A stretch of 64,000 bases of DNA from Octopus sinensis (GCF_006345805.1 NC_043004.1:32302001-32366000), one strand, 5' to 3'; positions 1 through 12,279 are shown, numbered from the stretch's first letter. Notes: a model not told the origin generated them from the letters alone. Numbers and translations are program-made.

Positions 1-130
1 ATCTCTCATCTAAGAGATAATTTGAACCAGTCCCAGTTACTAGCCCTCACCAACAAAAGTAAACTGTTACAAGAGAAATTACTGAGAGAACAGGAAAATT
101 TCAAAACTAAAGGAGCAGACTATTGGAAGG
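1..130 (+). CDS. CC2D1: Internal coding exon (partial, runs off the window) of a CC2D1/Lgd-family coiled-coil and C2 domain protein
   Basis: Frame 1 is open (ISHLRDNLNQSQLLALTNKSKLLQEKLLREQENFKTKGADYWK) and ends at a G|gtaact donor (phase 1) that joins in frame to the exon at 3771. Confidence 0.65.
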
Positions 131-329
131 GTAACTCTTCATCTTCTTTCTAATGTATTTTCATTGTTGAATATTGTTTGTCATTTTTGTTGTTCTCATC
201 ATTCTCATTTTGGTTGTTATTGTTATGCTTTGTTGTTTGTTTTGTATACACACACACAAGTCCAGCTGTTCTGTATACATATACTTCTACCTTTAATGTG
301 TGTCACTACCTTTTGGCTCTACATACAAA

Positions 330-1095
330 CATAAAGTCTAACACTCCTCAAGAGAGTTACCTGGGCATCTGAGAGAGTTTAAGTCCTGCATGCTCTTAGT
401 ACTATGGTTCCTGCGCATTGCCACACACCAACGCGACCTTATCTGATAACCTACAGGCAATTCCACTGCATCTCTTATGCATCCACAGCTTACACTTGAT
501 GCAGCAAATGGAATTACGTCCCACTCCCTTCTATTTACCAGCCGAAATGAGAGTCTTTTCTCCTTTCTTGCTTAGTTTTAGCTAAGTTGACTTTCTTGCT
601 AATTTAGTTTTAGCTAAGTTAACTTAAGGCCCTTTGATTCCAGGTTTTGCTTCCAAACCTGGAACTTCTCCAATTCTGCTTCAGATACTGCAATAAGAAC
701 AAGAACATCAGCATATAGCTGTTCCCATGGGCATCCAGTTTTGAATTCATCTGTTATGGTCTGGAGAACTATGATGAATAAGAGTGGACTAAGGACTGAT
801 CCCTGGTGTACTCCAACTTGTATGTTAAATTCAACACTGTAAACAAGGCCAATTCTTATCTCACTGACAGCACTGTTGTACATAGCTTGAACAGCTCTAA
901 CAAGCTACTCCTATATTCCTTACAGACTACCAAGTAAGAGAGTGGGGAACCCTGTCGAAAGCTTTCTCCAGGTCAACAAAGGCTAAATACAATGGCTTAC
1001 TTCTTGCCAAATACTTTTCTTGCAACTGTCTCACTATGAAAATGGCATCTGTGGTACTTCTCCCTGGAACAAAACCAAACTGCATCTCATCTAGT
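330..1095 (-). mobile_element. RTE-clade LINE fragment (reverse transcriptase and downstream Cys-rich region), degenerate
   Basis: QFGFVPGRSTTDAIF...FVDLEKAFDRVP, GVHQGSVLSPLLF and LYADV motifs, with frameshifts. Confidence 0.9.
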
Positions 1096-1099
1096 TTAA

Positions 1100-1290
1100 T
1101 GCTGCTGGACTGGCCTGTGTAGGTGGCACATAAAAAACACCATTTGAGCGTGGCTGTTGCCAGTACCGCTTGACTGGCCCTCGGGCCGGTGGCACATAAA
1201 AGCACCCACTAACTCTCAGAGTGATTCGTGTTAGGAAGGCATCCAACCCATGCTAGCATGAAAAGTGGACGTTAAGCAATGATGATGATG
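1100..1290 (+). mobile_element. 3' UTR/tail of the same RTE family (two GGTGGCACRTAAAAGCACC modules, (GAT)n tail)
   Basis: Matches the sequence downstream of the RTE ORF end at 31557-32150. Confidence 0.8.
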
Positions 1291-1327
1291 ATATATATAT
1301 ATATATATACTCTCACACACACACATA

Positions 1328-1550
1328 TCTATTATATAAAATCCGTTCTGTCTGTCTGTGTGTGTGTCTTCGAGGATCTCGGCATCCTCCATCCGATTGC
1401 GCTCGAATTTGATTTGTAGATATCGATGGTATCAGGACATGTATAAGTCTTGAAAAAATTACAAAAATCGATTCTAGGTGAGAATGCAATCGATAAAGCC
1501 ATGGGAGCATGCATTTGTATGCGCAAGTACATCAGCTGTTGTGATAAGTA
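1328..1550 (+). mobile_element. Non-autonomous Helitron-like element, 5' portion
   Basis: A|TCTATTATATAAAA start followed by (GTCT)n and CCGATT...AATTTG, like the Helitron 5' end at 29750; no clear CTAG end. Confidence 0.5.
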
Positions 1551-1947
1551 GTATATATTTGTATATTTATATATAAATAATATATATTTATATATATATA
1601 TAAGTATTATATATTTATATATATAAATAACTAATATATATGTGTGTGTGTGTGTATAAAATTAAGATTCGGTAGAATTAGATACTTAAATTGAGTCACC
1701 TTGCTAGTTCCGTATAATCTGCACACCCCAAGAATATTATTTATATATTGAATATCAAGACAATGTGTAGGGATATTTGTACCCAATATTCCTGTCATGT
1801 ATGTTGACAATGCAACCCAGCTAAGTCAAGATATCTGCTCTTGGTAATTCAGATGTACTTTTTTTAAAGATGCTTTCTATAGTATTTCCAAAGTGCAGAT
1901 TCCAAGTTAGGTGAGCAGAATATAAATAAGTAACAAATATTTGCAGG

Positions 1948-2043
1948 TGTCAATTCATTACGGCCATTTCAAGCGGATCCATTTAATTGATTAATGAAAA
2001 CATTACATCATTTGAAAGAAACCGTTCTTGTCAGATGACTGCA
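1948..2043 (-). ncRNA. Decayed type I hammerhead ribozyme in a PLE-derived repeat (about 1930-2250)
   Basis: Minus strand TGCAGTCAT-CTGACAA-long stem II-GAAAT-GGCC-GTA-ATGAATTGACA; both core deviations are explicable as CpG transitions. Confidence 0.55.
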
Positions 2044-2281
2044 TAGACTTCAAACATAATGGATAAACCATTTTTTAACAAATTTACATCAGTAATGGAA
2101 ACAAAAATATTTACATTGTTTCCTTTTGTTATATGTATGGCAGACAAAGTTTAGAAAATAATGCATACCTTGTTAAGCCTATTATAATTTAGAGAGTAAC
2201 AGAGGAAATAGTGGGGAAGGGGGCACGATAGAAGGAATGGTGACAAGTTATATATATTTAGAAGACTTTTTGTAGCATATA

Positions 2282-2959
2282 CTATAAATCTTTGAGTATA
2301 ATCTGCATTTTTTCCCCAAATTTAAAGGTCAAAATCCCTAGTGCGTACTAAATACAAGGTTTAAAATGAAAAATATTTTCTAAGCAATGTCCGAGTCTCT
2401 ATTTGCTGTCCGGCAATGTTTATTCGGACACATTTTGTGATGTCGGGCACGAAAATACCTTAAACTAAGCCTGAAAGCAATGAAGTCATAAAAGAATCAT
2501 TCATAACTTGCAGTAAGCAACGTTTATTAAAAGAAAAGTATTCAGAACACAGAATAACATGTAACAAAAACAATTTGCAAACATATTTACATTCCCATAT
2601 AATAGTTAAGAACGAGCTTGCTTCCTAGCTACATGGTTTTGGGTTCAGTCCCACTGCGTGGCACTTTGGGTAGGTGTCTTCCACTATAGCCCCGAGCCGA
2701 CCAGAGCTTTGTGATTGAATTCGGTAGGTGGAAGTTACTGCCGTGTGTGTATGTGTGCGTATAGCTGCTCAGTGCCTCTCCAAAAGAGGGAGAGAGAGGG
2801 ATCACCATTATTGTATTTAGTGTTTGTTCAACTAGGTACTGCTGGCTTAATTACACACGACTCAAGTTAGAGAAGGGATGCATATTATACACAAGGTTTA
2901 GGTTTTTCAGAGGTACAGCCCCTAAAAATCCCCTGCGTATTATACTCAAGGATTTACAG
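2282..2959. mobile_element. pogo/Tigger-type MITE
   Basis: TA-flanked TIRs CTATAAATCTTTGAGTATAATCTGCA / TGCGTATTATACTCAAGGATTTACAG. Confidence 0.75.
2614..2802 (+). mobile_element. tRNA-headed SINE (5'-truncated) inside the MITE
   Basis: GGTTCAGTCCCACTGCGTGGCAC B-box region; nearly identical to 41675-41860. Confidence 0.75.
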
Positions 2960-3183
2960 TAGTCTTCAACCATTTAGAATTAAATCCATTGTGAGTTGTC
3001 AACTGTATTCTAGTTAATGGTGATAACTCAATGTCAGACAATCTACTAGTCTCCCTAGGTATGCATTAATTTCTAAACTCACTCTACCACAGATATAATA
3101 AAAGGAAACAATGTAAATATTTTGGTTTCCATTATTGATGTAAATTTGTTAAAAAATGGTTTATCCTTTATGTTTGAAGTCTA

Positions 3184-3280
3184 TGCAGTCACCTGACAAG
3201 CATGGTTTCTTTCAAATTGATGTAATGTTTACATTAATCAATTAAATAGAACCACTTGAAACAGCTGTAATGAATTGACA
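3184..3280 (+). ncRNA. Decayed type I hammerhead ribozyme, second copy of the 1948-2043 family
   Basis: TGCAGTCAC-CTGACAA-stem II-GAAAC-AGCT-GTA-ATGAATTGACA; palindromic stem III typical of PLE HHRs. Confidence 0.55.
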
Positions 3281-3570
3281 CTTCTACATCTTTGTTATAT
3301 ATATATATATATATATACATACATACACACACACACATAGATAAATGTATGTGTATTTTTTTTTGTTTACAAATAACACAGAAAAATAAACAAACAGTTA
3401 CCAGGGTAGCAAAAATTCACATAAATACCAAGGATGTAACAGCCTATGTATAAAGGTAGAAATTCCAGTGTTTAGCAAAATGTTTTTGTGTAACATAGAT
3501 AAATAAATGGAGTTAAATGCCAGTGTTATTCAAATCCTTATACTTCTGTTGATGCATTTTGTCTCTCTTT

Positions 3571-3662
3571 TTTTTCCTGATGAGAAGATTGATTGCATTG
3601 TTTGTTTTACATCTTATTCCTTCTGGAATAATACCAATGTTTTCTTTGAAACATGTTGGAGG
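3571..3662 (+). ncRNA. Type I hammerhead ribozyme motif, sense to the CC2D1 intron
   Basis: CTGATGA at 3577-3583, stem II GAAGA...TCTTT, GAAAC-AT-GTT at 3648-3657, wobble-rich stem I TTTTC/GGAGG. Confidence 0.6.
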
Positions 3663-3694
3663 TATAAAGATTTGAATAACACCTGTGTTTAGCT

Positions 3695-3731
<37 letters not shown>

Positions 3732-3770
3732 ACATATACTCACATAAATCTATATTGTGTTATGTTACAG

Positions 3771-3895
3771 CCTATATTGCACACATAGAGAATGACATGA
3801 AATCTTATGCTGTCGAAGCTCAAGTTTTAGCCAAGAGAGGAGACATACAGAAGGCACATGTTATGATGACAAAGAAGAAACTTGTTGAGAAAGAG
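3771..3895 (+). CDS. CC2D1: Penultimate coding exon of CC2D1/Lgd-family gene
   Basis: ttacag| acceptor and |gtaagt donor, phases 1 and 0. Peptide AYIAHIENDMKSYAVEAQVLAKRGDIQKAHVMMTKKKLVEKE resembles, from recall, the human CC2D1A C-terminus (EYAAQLERQLQFYTEAARRLGNDGSRDAAKEALYRRNLVESE). Confidence 0.7.
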
Positions 3896-4019
3896 GTAAG
3901 TTTAGATATGTTTTTAACTGTGAATTATATTTATTTTTACACCAGCTACAGAACACGTCCGGGTGGTTTGTGTGTACTCTTATGATTTTCATTCCACCAC
4001 CACTTACCACTGGAAATTC

Positions 4020-4630
4020 TCTCTTCTTAGGACTGTCACTATCAATGTTGTTGTGATGAAAAGTAGACCTGATGAGATCATAGAGGTTTAGAATAAAGGC
4101 AAGCAGATATATGCAAGGGATAGGATGGAAAGGAGCCCCAAGTAGACTCCTCATGGTCAAAGAACTCAGCTGCAAATTCTTTTGAGTGAGTAACAGCTGG
4201 GGTGCAGGGAGTAGACATTTTGTTAGTAGAGAAATGGAGAGATAAATTAATGAGGTTGTCAGAGTATGTGACAGTATAATTAAGCTTAGACTAGTCATAG
4301 GCAGCATAGCAACATTAATTGCCTCTGTATATGAACAACAATCATGACTAACTGAGAAGCGAATGGACCATTTCTGTAAGAACCTAACTTGGTAACAGAT
4401 GACAGTGACCTTGTGATTATGGTTGATGACTTTAATAGGTATGTAAGCTAACACTATAATGACTACTTCATTATACAGGGTGGCTTATGGATATGGTGCG
4501 TGGAATGTGGAGATATCAAAGTCTTTGGAGTTCTGTGATGCAAACATTTGTAACACAAATTGCAGTAAATTGGTTTGCCATCGAGTTGCCTACAAATCAG
4601 GTGAACACATAAAGTAGATAGACTAAATGT
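4020..4630 (+). mobile_element. RTE LINE apurinic endonuclease fragment, degenerate
   Basis: Translates with stops to ILLVEKWRDKINEVVRVCDSIIKLRLV...SVYEQQ-like APE motifs. Confidence 0.6.
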
Positions 4631-5882
4631 TCCTTGACCCCAGGTTATGAGTTCAAATCCTATTGATGTTGAATTACTATTTTGTTTTTATTGTGAGCTA
4701 ATAAAATCAACACCAGTAATATAATAGGGCCATTTAAAATTACTATATTGCAGTTAGGCTGCTGTGGAATTTGATCTTGCATCTAAATAAAAAAAAAATA
4801 GCAAAAGATAATGATAGTAATTTCTAACTTTAGAAGAATGCTATGGATTTTGGTTGGGAAGTGTAGTTGATTGAATTGACCACTCATCACACTTGACTGG
4901 AATTAATTTTTTTCAACTCCAGAAAGATGAAAGTTAAAGTTAACTCCAACATGATTTGAACTCTAAACATTAAGGAATATAATTAAACAGTAGTGCAAAA
5001 TATTTTGCTCTTAATTCTCTTATCCACCACCTTAAACCTGTGCCAAGCAAGGTACATGACAGTGATCAGGCCACAATTGTCTTAGATATGCCTGTTCAAA
5101 TTGACAAAGAAATCAAAGCTAATTTCCCAGACATAATAATCAAGGATTGTAAAAATAAACATCTGCTTACTAATAGATATTGACAGTTTATCCACTTCTT
5201 TTTGGGCAGTATTTTGGTCAGAAGGGGCTGCAAAATACAAAGATCTTGAAATTGAAGTATTCAAGATGTGGGCTATGAAGGTAAAAACAATACCGTAATA
5301 AGTAAATAATACTGTAAAACAGTAATAAGTGGAGTTGTGTGTATGATGAAAAAAAAATGTAAGAACAAAAATGTAGAAGCTATACCTGGACCCTCAATAC
5401 TACACACTGTCCAAAAAATAGCTCTGCTAGCAACATCCAATGCAAGACACTATCAATTCAATAGCACAACCCAAATAATCCACAAACATAAGACACATTC
5501 TATGTAGTAAATAGCTAATAAAATAAATAACCTCCACAACTTCCATTACACATACAGCTTACAATACAAACACTAATACAACAAAAGTTTCAAACTAAAT
5601 CCTATAAGATGACTCAAGTTAAGCCTCATAACAAAAGACCCAAGCCAAGCCCCATAACAAAACAAACTGATGCAATACAGTACTGGGAAGAGTCTGCACC
5701 CCTTCAACACCAACAAAACAAGAACACACAAAGCTTCACCCACCTCAGAAACACAGATATGTAGCAGGTGGTGTGGTAGAATTTGCCTGAAACTATCAAA
5801 TATTGAATAATAACAATAATAATTGTAATGATGATAATAATAATAATAATAATAATAATGGTATAATTTTTCTCTTTTTCAG

Positions 5883-5918
5883 ATTGCTGCTCTAAAAAGT
5901 CGTATCCCTGGCGTTTAG
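5883..5918 (+). CDS. CC2D1: Terminal coding exon (IAALKSRIPGV-stop) of CC2D1/Lgd-family gene
   Basis: Strong polypyrimidine acceptor ttttctctttttcag|, phase 0, short ORF to TAG; the position matches the LQRLRR end of CC2D1A. Confidence 0.6.
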   Translation: MAALKSRIPGV

Positions 5919-6106
5919 CTGTGATTTCAAACAACTGTTGTTATATAAACAGTGATAACTACATTAATTGATGACTTGCACTTTATATATCAGCTTCTGG
6001 AGCTAGCTACTGATACTCACACACACACACACACATATACACATATACATATACATATATACACATACATGCATGCAAGTGTGCATGTATGTATAATATA
6101 TATATG

Positions 6107-6154
<48 letters not shown>

Positions 6155-6160
6155 TATATA

Positions 6161-6203
<43 letters not shown>

Positions 6204-6225
6204 TATATAAGATATAATTATTATT

Positions 6226-6264
<39 letters not shown>

Positions 6265-6690
6265 ATATATATATATATCTTACCTGTGTATTTCCACATA
6301 AATATCTAATTTAATATTATATATTTTCTTAGTTTCCTGTTGTTGTTTTTAGTTGAATTATTTTTATCATTATTATTTTAACTTCAGTTATGTTGGATTT
6401 TATGTTAAACCCTCATTCACTCTATCACCTATCCACCCATGATAAAGTGAGGTCGTGGTGATGGTGGTAATGGTGTGGGGTTAATAACTAATAAAATATA
6501 CTAACATTAACTCCATTAAACGAATTTCTGTTAAAACGAAGGGGAAAAAATCACACAAAAAACTCAGAATCACACCTTTGCACCTTCTTTTAACAGAGAA
6601 CTATTTTTTGATATTTTCAAATATCACCACATGAAGACATCTTGAGAGCTATTTAATAGGCTGCTTTAGTTTCCTTTTTAATTTGCATTA

Positions 6691-6721
<31 letters not shown>

Positions 6722-6723
6722 AA

Positions 6724-8288
6724 AGGTGGCAAGCTGACAAAATCATTAATATGCTGGGGAAAATGTTTCGTGGTATTTCATCTGTCTTTACATCCTGAGT
6801 TCAAATTCTGCCAAGGTTGACTTTACCTTTCATCCTTTCGGGGTCGATAAAATAAGTACCAGTTGAGTATGGGGGTCTATGTAATCTTATCCCCTCTCCC
6901 AGGATTTTTGACCATATACTAAAATTTGATATCATTATTATTATTAATTTCTTTCCTTTGTTTTTTATGCACAATTGCTAGTCTCATGGCAAGAGAAAGT
7001 AAGTTATGAATTACTTTCCAATGCTTGAACTGCCTCTTTCCATACTGCTTTGGAAGAATCATTACAGCCTTGGACAAAATACCATGTAGTATCTCTTCCA
7101 GATCTAGACATACTGATTTCAAATTGCACCATGATCAACTTTTTGAGATTGTTAAAATAAAGTGTTAGTCAAGTACTAGCTCCTGGGGTCAATGGCATTG
7201 ACTAAGCGCTTTCTTAAAAACTGCTAGCCTTGATGCCTATATCAGAAACTAATATTATTTTCAGGGTCAATAAAATAAATACCAGTTAGGTGGTGGTGGA
7301 GTGTTTGATGTAATTGACTTCTCCCTACTTTCAAAATGACTGATTTGTGCCAAAATTAGAAAGAGTTATTATTATTATTATTATTATTATTATTGTTATT
7401 ATTTTTTTTTTGCAGTCACTAAAATAAAGTACTAATTAAGTGCTGGGGTTGATGTATTCAACTAACCCTCCACTCTTCCCTTAAAGTTGCCAAAATTATT
7501 ATTATTATTATTATTTTTTAGAAGGTGGTGAGTAGGTAGAATCGCTAGCGACCCAGGCAAAATGCTTGGCAGCATTATTTGTCTGTCTTCATGGTTTGTG
7601 TTCAAATTCTGCCAAGGTCAACTTTGTCTTTCTTCTTTCTGGGGTTAATAAAAAAAAGTACCAGTTGAGTATTGGGGGTGATTTAATAAACTAGCCCCCT
7701 TCCTACTAAAATATCAGGCCTTGTGCCTATAGCGGAAAGAATTATTATATCAATGTTCTTGGCAGAGTTGTTAGAGTATCAAACAAAATGCCTTATAGTA
7801 TTCATTCCAGCTTTAATGTTTTGAGTTCAAATCTACTGCAAGGTCAACTTTGCCTTTCATCCTTCCAGGGTCAATAAAGTAGCAGTCATGTACTTGGGTC
7901 AGTGGTATCAACTTCACTCCTTGCTGTAAAATTTTGGGCTTCGTACCCATGCTAGAAACATTTTATTAGCTCAAACCCCATCTAAGTTCTCCTTTTCATT
8001 CTCTTGGGGTCAACAAAATAAAGCACCACCTGATATGAGATCAATGGTATTTCTTAATTACAAACCTTGTGCCTAAATTAAAAATCATTATTGTTAGCGC
8101 AGTAGATGCAGAAAAATTAGAACAACACACAAAATGCCAGGTGATATTTCATCCAGCTCTTTGTTTTGAGTTCAAATCCTGCTATGGCCAACTTCGCCTT
8201 TCATTCTTTTGGAGTCTGTAATTATCAGTTAGGTACTGTATACAATATAGTCATACAAAATTCCTAGTTTTGTACCTATACAAGAAAC

Positions 8289-8323
<35 letters not shown>

Positions 8324-9070
8324 GGGTGATGGATTGACAGAAATATCAGCGTTGTATGAAATGCCTTGTATTTTTTCTGGCTCATTAATGTTTTGAGTTC
8401 AAATTCTACTGAGGTCAACTTTGCTTTCCATCCCTTTGAGGTTGATAAAATTGAGCACTAGTCAAATACTAAGGTCGATGTAACTGATTAACCCCACTGA
8501 TTAAAATTGCTGGCCTTTGTGTCAAAACTTAAAACAATTATTATTATAATTATTTTTATTATTATTATTATTATTGTGGGGAATGGTAAAATCAGTAGAG
8601 CATTCAACAAATTGTCTTTCACAGCATTTAGTTGCATCTCATTTACATTTTGAGTTCAAATCTTGCTGGGATGGGGTACCACTTTACCTTTCATCCTTCC
8701 AGTTAACAAGGACAGTAGGTGCAGGATTGAGTAGAGCAACAACTGGGTTTGCCTTGTATTTATTTTACATTCAGCATTTATACTGATGCTGAGGTTGACT
8801 TCACTATTTATCTTTCTAATCAATAAAATAAGTAACTATCACATGGTGTTGATTCTCTCAACTGTTCTTGGTCCTTGTCACTAATCTGCCTTCAGAAACC
8901 AAGGTAGCTTTGAATTGGCAGAAATGGTAGAGAGTAGGACTAAATGCCTTATTATATTTAGTTATGTTCCTTTACATTTTGAGTCCGAAACAAGTCAAGG
9001 TTGTGGGTCAATTTAGCCAACTTCCGTTCTCTAAAGTTTGTGGCCTTGTGCTAAAGTCAGAGATTATAAT
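6724..9070 (+). repeat. Cluster of about 10-12 co-oriented full or partial tRNA-headed SINE copies separated by (TTA)n
   Basis: Recurrent GAGTTCAAATTC...AGGTCAACTTTGCCTTTCATCC...GGGTCAATAAAATAAGTACCAGT; same family as 25070-25300. Confidence 0.85.
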
Positions 9071-9361
9071 TAACATAATCTTAAAATGCTAACGCAAAGT
9101 AAAAAAATACTTTTTTAACTTGAAAGAAAACACAAGATTGTAATTTCACTGAGCTTGTTGATTGTGATTAAAAGATAATTTGTTGCTTAATCTGTTTTAA
9201 TTTGTCTAATTTGTCTGTCTGCATTAATGTTTTTTAATAATCCAGTTTTAATCCGCATCAGGATACTTCCTAGCCTTCTTAGTCTTTTTAAAAAAAATCC
9301 CATGGATCAATGTTGCCAGTGTTCATGTTCAGTTTTGATCACAGTAAACAAATGAAACATA

Positions 9362-9530
9362 GGTATAGGCATGGTTGCGTGGTTAAGAAGTCTGTTTCTC
9401 AACTATGTGGTTTTGGGTTCAATCCCACTGCACGGCACCTTGGGAAAGTGTCTTTTACTACAGCCCCAGTCCGACCAAAGTCTTGTGAGTGAATTTAACT
9501 GAAAGAAGCCTGTCATATGTGCGTATGTGT
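9362..9530 (+). mobile_element. tRNA-headed SINE (second family), 5' part
   Basis: GTGGTTAAGAAG A-box-like and GGGTTCAATCCCACTG B-box; same family as 27632-28048. Confidence 0.7.
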
Positions 9531-9531
9531 A

Positions 9532-9567
<36 letters not shown>

Positions 9568-9699
9568 CACATGTGTGTTTGTGTGACTTAGAGAGAGTGA
9601 GTACCTGTTCAGTGGGATTTGAACTCATATCCTTGGGGATATACATATATATATATATAAACACACATGTATGTATATATATTATGTTGAGTCAAACTT

Positions 9700-10140
9700 T
9701 TTGCAATATTTTGGTAACTATTTGCTTTATTTGTCAAGTTACAACACAAGAATCCTAATATTCAAAGTAGAGGCCATTGTGTTGCACCGTCTGAAGCCAT
9801 CTTTCTGCCAGTTCTTTGATCCTATGCCAATACTAGTTCTTGTTCCTTTGAGAAAAAGAACTCCTTCACTGAAGCTTCTACCTTCTCTTGGTTGATGAAG
9901 CATTGCAAGCTCAGGAAGTGAGTCATGGATTAAAACAAATAATAATCTGAGGAAGCTAGGTCCAGACTATATGCTGGGTGTGACATCAGTAACTTCATAT
10001 TTAGATATGAAAACCTTTTCAGTATTTATATACATGCTGTGTTTCATTCAGAGAGCAAACATTTCCATACCTAGTTTCAAAATAAATATTGGAGATATTT
10101 TTATCTCTAAAGTTGATGTTAATTGTCCAGAAAATCATTA
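9700..10140 (-). mobile_element. Mariner transposase C-terminal relic
   Basis: Minus strand MSHPAYSLDLASSDYYLF (YSPDLAPSD motif). Confidence 0.7.
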
Positions 10141-12279
10141 TAATCTTTAGTTTTATTCCCCAAAGGATATGAGTTTAAATCCCACTGAACAGGTACTCAC
10201 TCTCTCTAAGTCACGCAAACACACATTTTCAATATAAATGTAGAGTTAACCAAAATGTTTAAGATGAAAGACTACCAAGACTTGGGATAGTGGAATTGCA
10301 AGCAACAAAAATAACCACCACTACTGCTCCAATCATCTGCCCAGTCAAAACCTCAAGACGTTATCATCATAGTCCTCTGTTGAGTACTTTCTGTCCTTAT
10401 ATTATCCCTGATAAACAACACCAACACAGAGCCACCACTGCAACTATGTATCTAAACGCACAAACAATAATCCATGATAACAACATGCACAGCTACCACT
10501 ACATACATAAATATCTAGAAACAAACAGAGCAGTTTGCAATAAGAGTACCTGTGAAATATACTTCAAATACTCAGAAGGCTCATAGAAATAACAACCTCT
10601 GTTTCCTAAGTGAACCAAATTACTAATGGAGGAGGGTGTGCTGAAAGCATAGTATCCAGAATAAGAATGAGATGGGGTTGTTACCTCTACAGGCAGCAAA
10701 GTGATTTTCTCTGCAAGCGAATGGCAAAGTGTATGATGTTTGTACAAAGGACAAAGTTGCATGGTAGCCCTCTCTTCCTTTCAGGTTCATATTGTTAGGA
10801 CTGCCACCATAGATATCAGCACAGTCAAAGGTAGGTTAGGAGAGATTGCAGAACTGTTGAAGGTAAGTGGCTGTGTACTGTACTGATGAGTAAAATGGAG
10901 GGGAGCTTCATCCAAACTCCTCACAAGCAAAGAACAAAGGTATAAATTCTAGATGGCTAGCAGCGTTGGGATTAGTGGAGTTGTTAAAGTAACTGGGGTT
11001 GAATGTATATTCAACCTTAGTTACTTGAATAATTAAGATTGGGCCAATCATAGACAAAACAACATTGATTATTATCTTCATATATATATACCACAAACAG
11101 GGCTGACAAATGAAGAGGACTGCTTTTATAAGCTGTCCTCTTTATATGAATAAATATATCCTATCAAGCCTACATTTTTTTTTTTGCATTCTTTGATCTC
11201 CTCTCCCCACTTCCATTTATTTGCTACTCATCTTCTGCATCTCTTGTCCATCACTGGTCTGCATACATAGACTGTAATGGACCATCCTCATCACACTAAT
11301 TCTTTCACTCATTGCTACATCTATGTATTAGAGAGTGTATGAAGCCATTTGAACCTAGTGCAGTCTAACTTCACCTTTACTCTACTGCCAGCCATCACTC
11401 TTTCCTGTCACCCATCACCTCATACCCTTGTCATCCGTCAGGTGAACACACAAGCCAGATACTCTTTATTCTTACCAGGAGATATGATAGAGAGATGGTT
11501 GTAAATGCTAAGTTTTTCCTTGGTAAGGAATGTACTATCTAACGTAGGTAAGTGATTAGTGACTTCAGAGTAAAAGCCAGATAGAATCAAAGGCAAAAGA
11601 CAACCTGGAAAAGGAAGACCAAAACAAAAAATAGATAAACTCTTGGTCAGTCATAGATTAAGAGAGGTTCAAGTTGATGGTTATAAGTGGGAAGGACATA
11701 AAGAGTTATGACATACATGGGAAATTGACTTATGATATACAGGACAACATGTTGCTGGGGCCAAGGTTCCAGCAGATGGAAGATGAAGTAGAGTTGGAAG
11801 AGTAGATAGAGTTATAAAAGCTAAAATACAGGATTGTGTATTTATGCACACATACAAACTTGAATGTTAAAATAATACTATTATTTCAAAGCACTTTCAA
11901 AAGTTGCAACTGGGCATTTACTGCCAGTGAGACTTTATACTGAGAGTAGAGTCAAAATTTGAAGTTCCATTCAAGTTAGCCTTCACAATATATACCTATA
12001 TATTCATAAATATAGGTATGGTTCTGGGTTCAGTCTGGCAAGTGTTTTCTTGCCAACTAAAACCTTGTCAGTGGATTTGGTATGTGTATATATATATATA
12101 TATAGTTGGAATTTACAGAAAGACAAAGACAGGTGTATAAACAACAAACAGGTGTATTAGTTTAATGCTCAGAAAGGCGAGAAAGTCTTTTATGTTTCAA
12201 GCCTATGCTCTTCAATAGAAAGGAACATGAGGAAATAAACAGAGAGAGAATAAAAAAAAACTTTATATATATATATATA

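Noticed and set aside
3861-4454. 197-aa minus-strand ORF
   Set aside because: It is the antisense of a decayed RTE endonuclease and of the CC2D1 exon edge, with no recognisable domain.
5370-5470. Extra CC2D1 exon in the last intron
   Set aside because: It reads like a decayed LINE C-terminus (IPGPSILHTVQKIALL, compare 58450-58530) and lacks good splice sites.
11110-11145. HHR at TGAAGAGGAC...GTCCTC
   Set aside because: A hairpin is present but no GAAA core follows on either strand.
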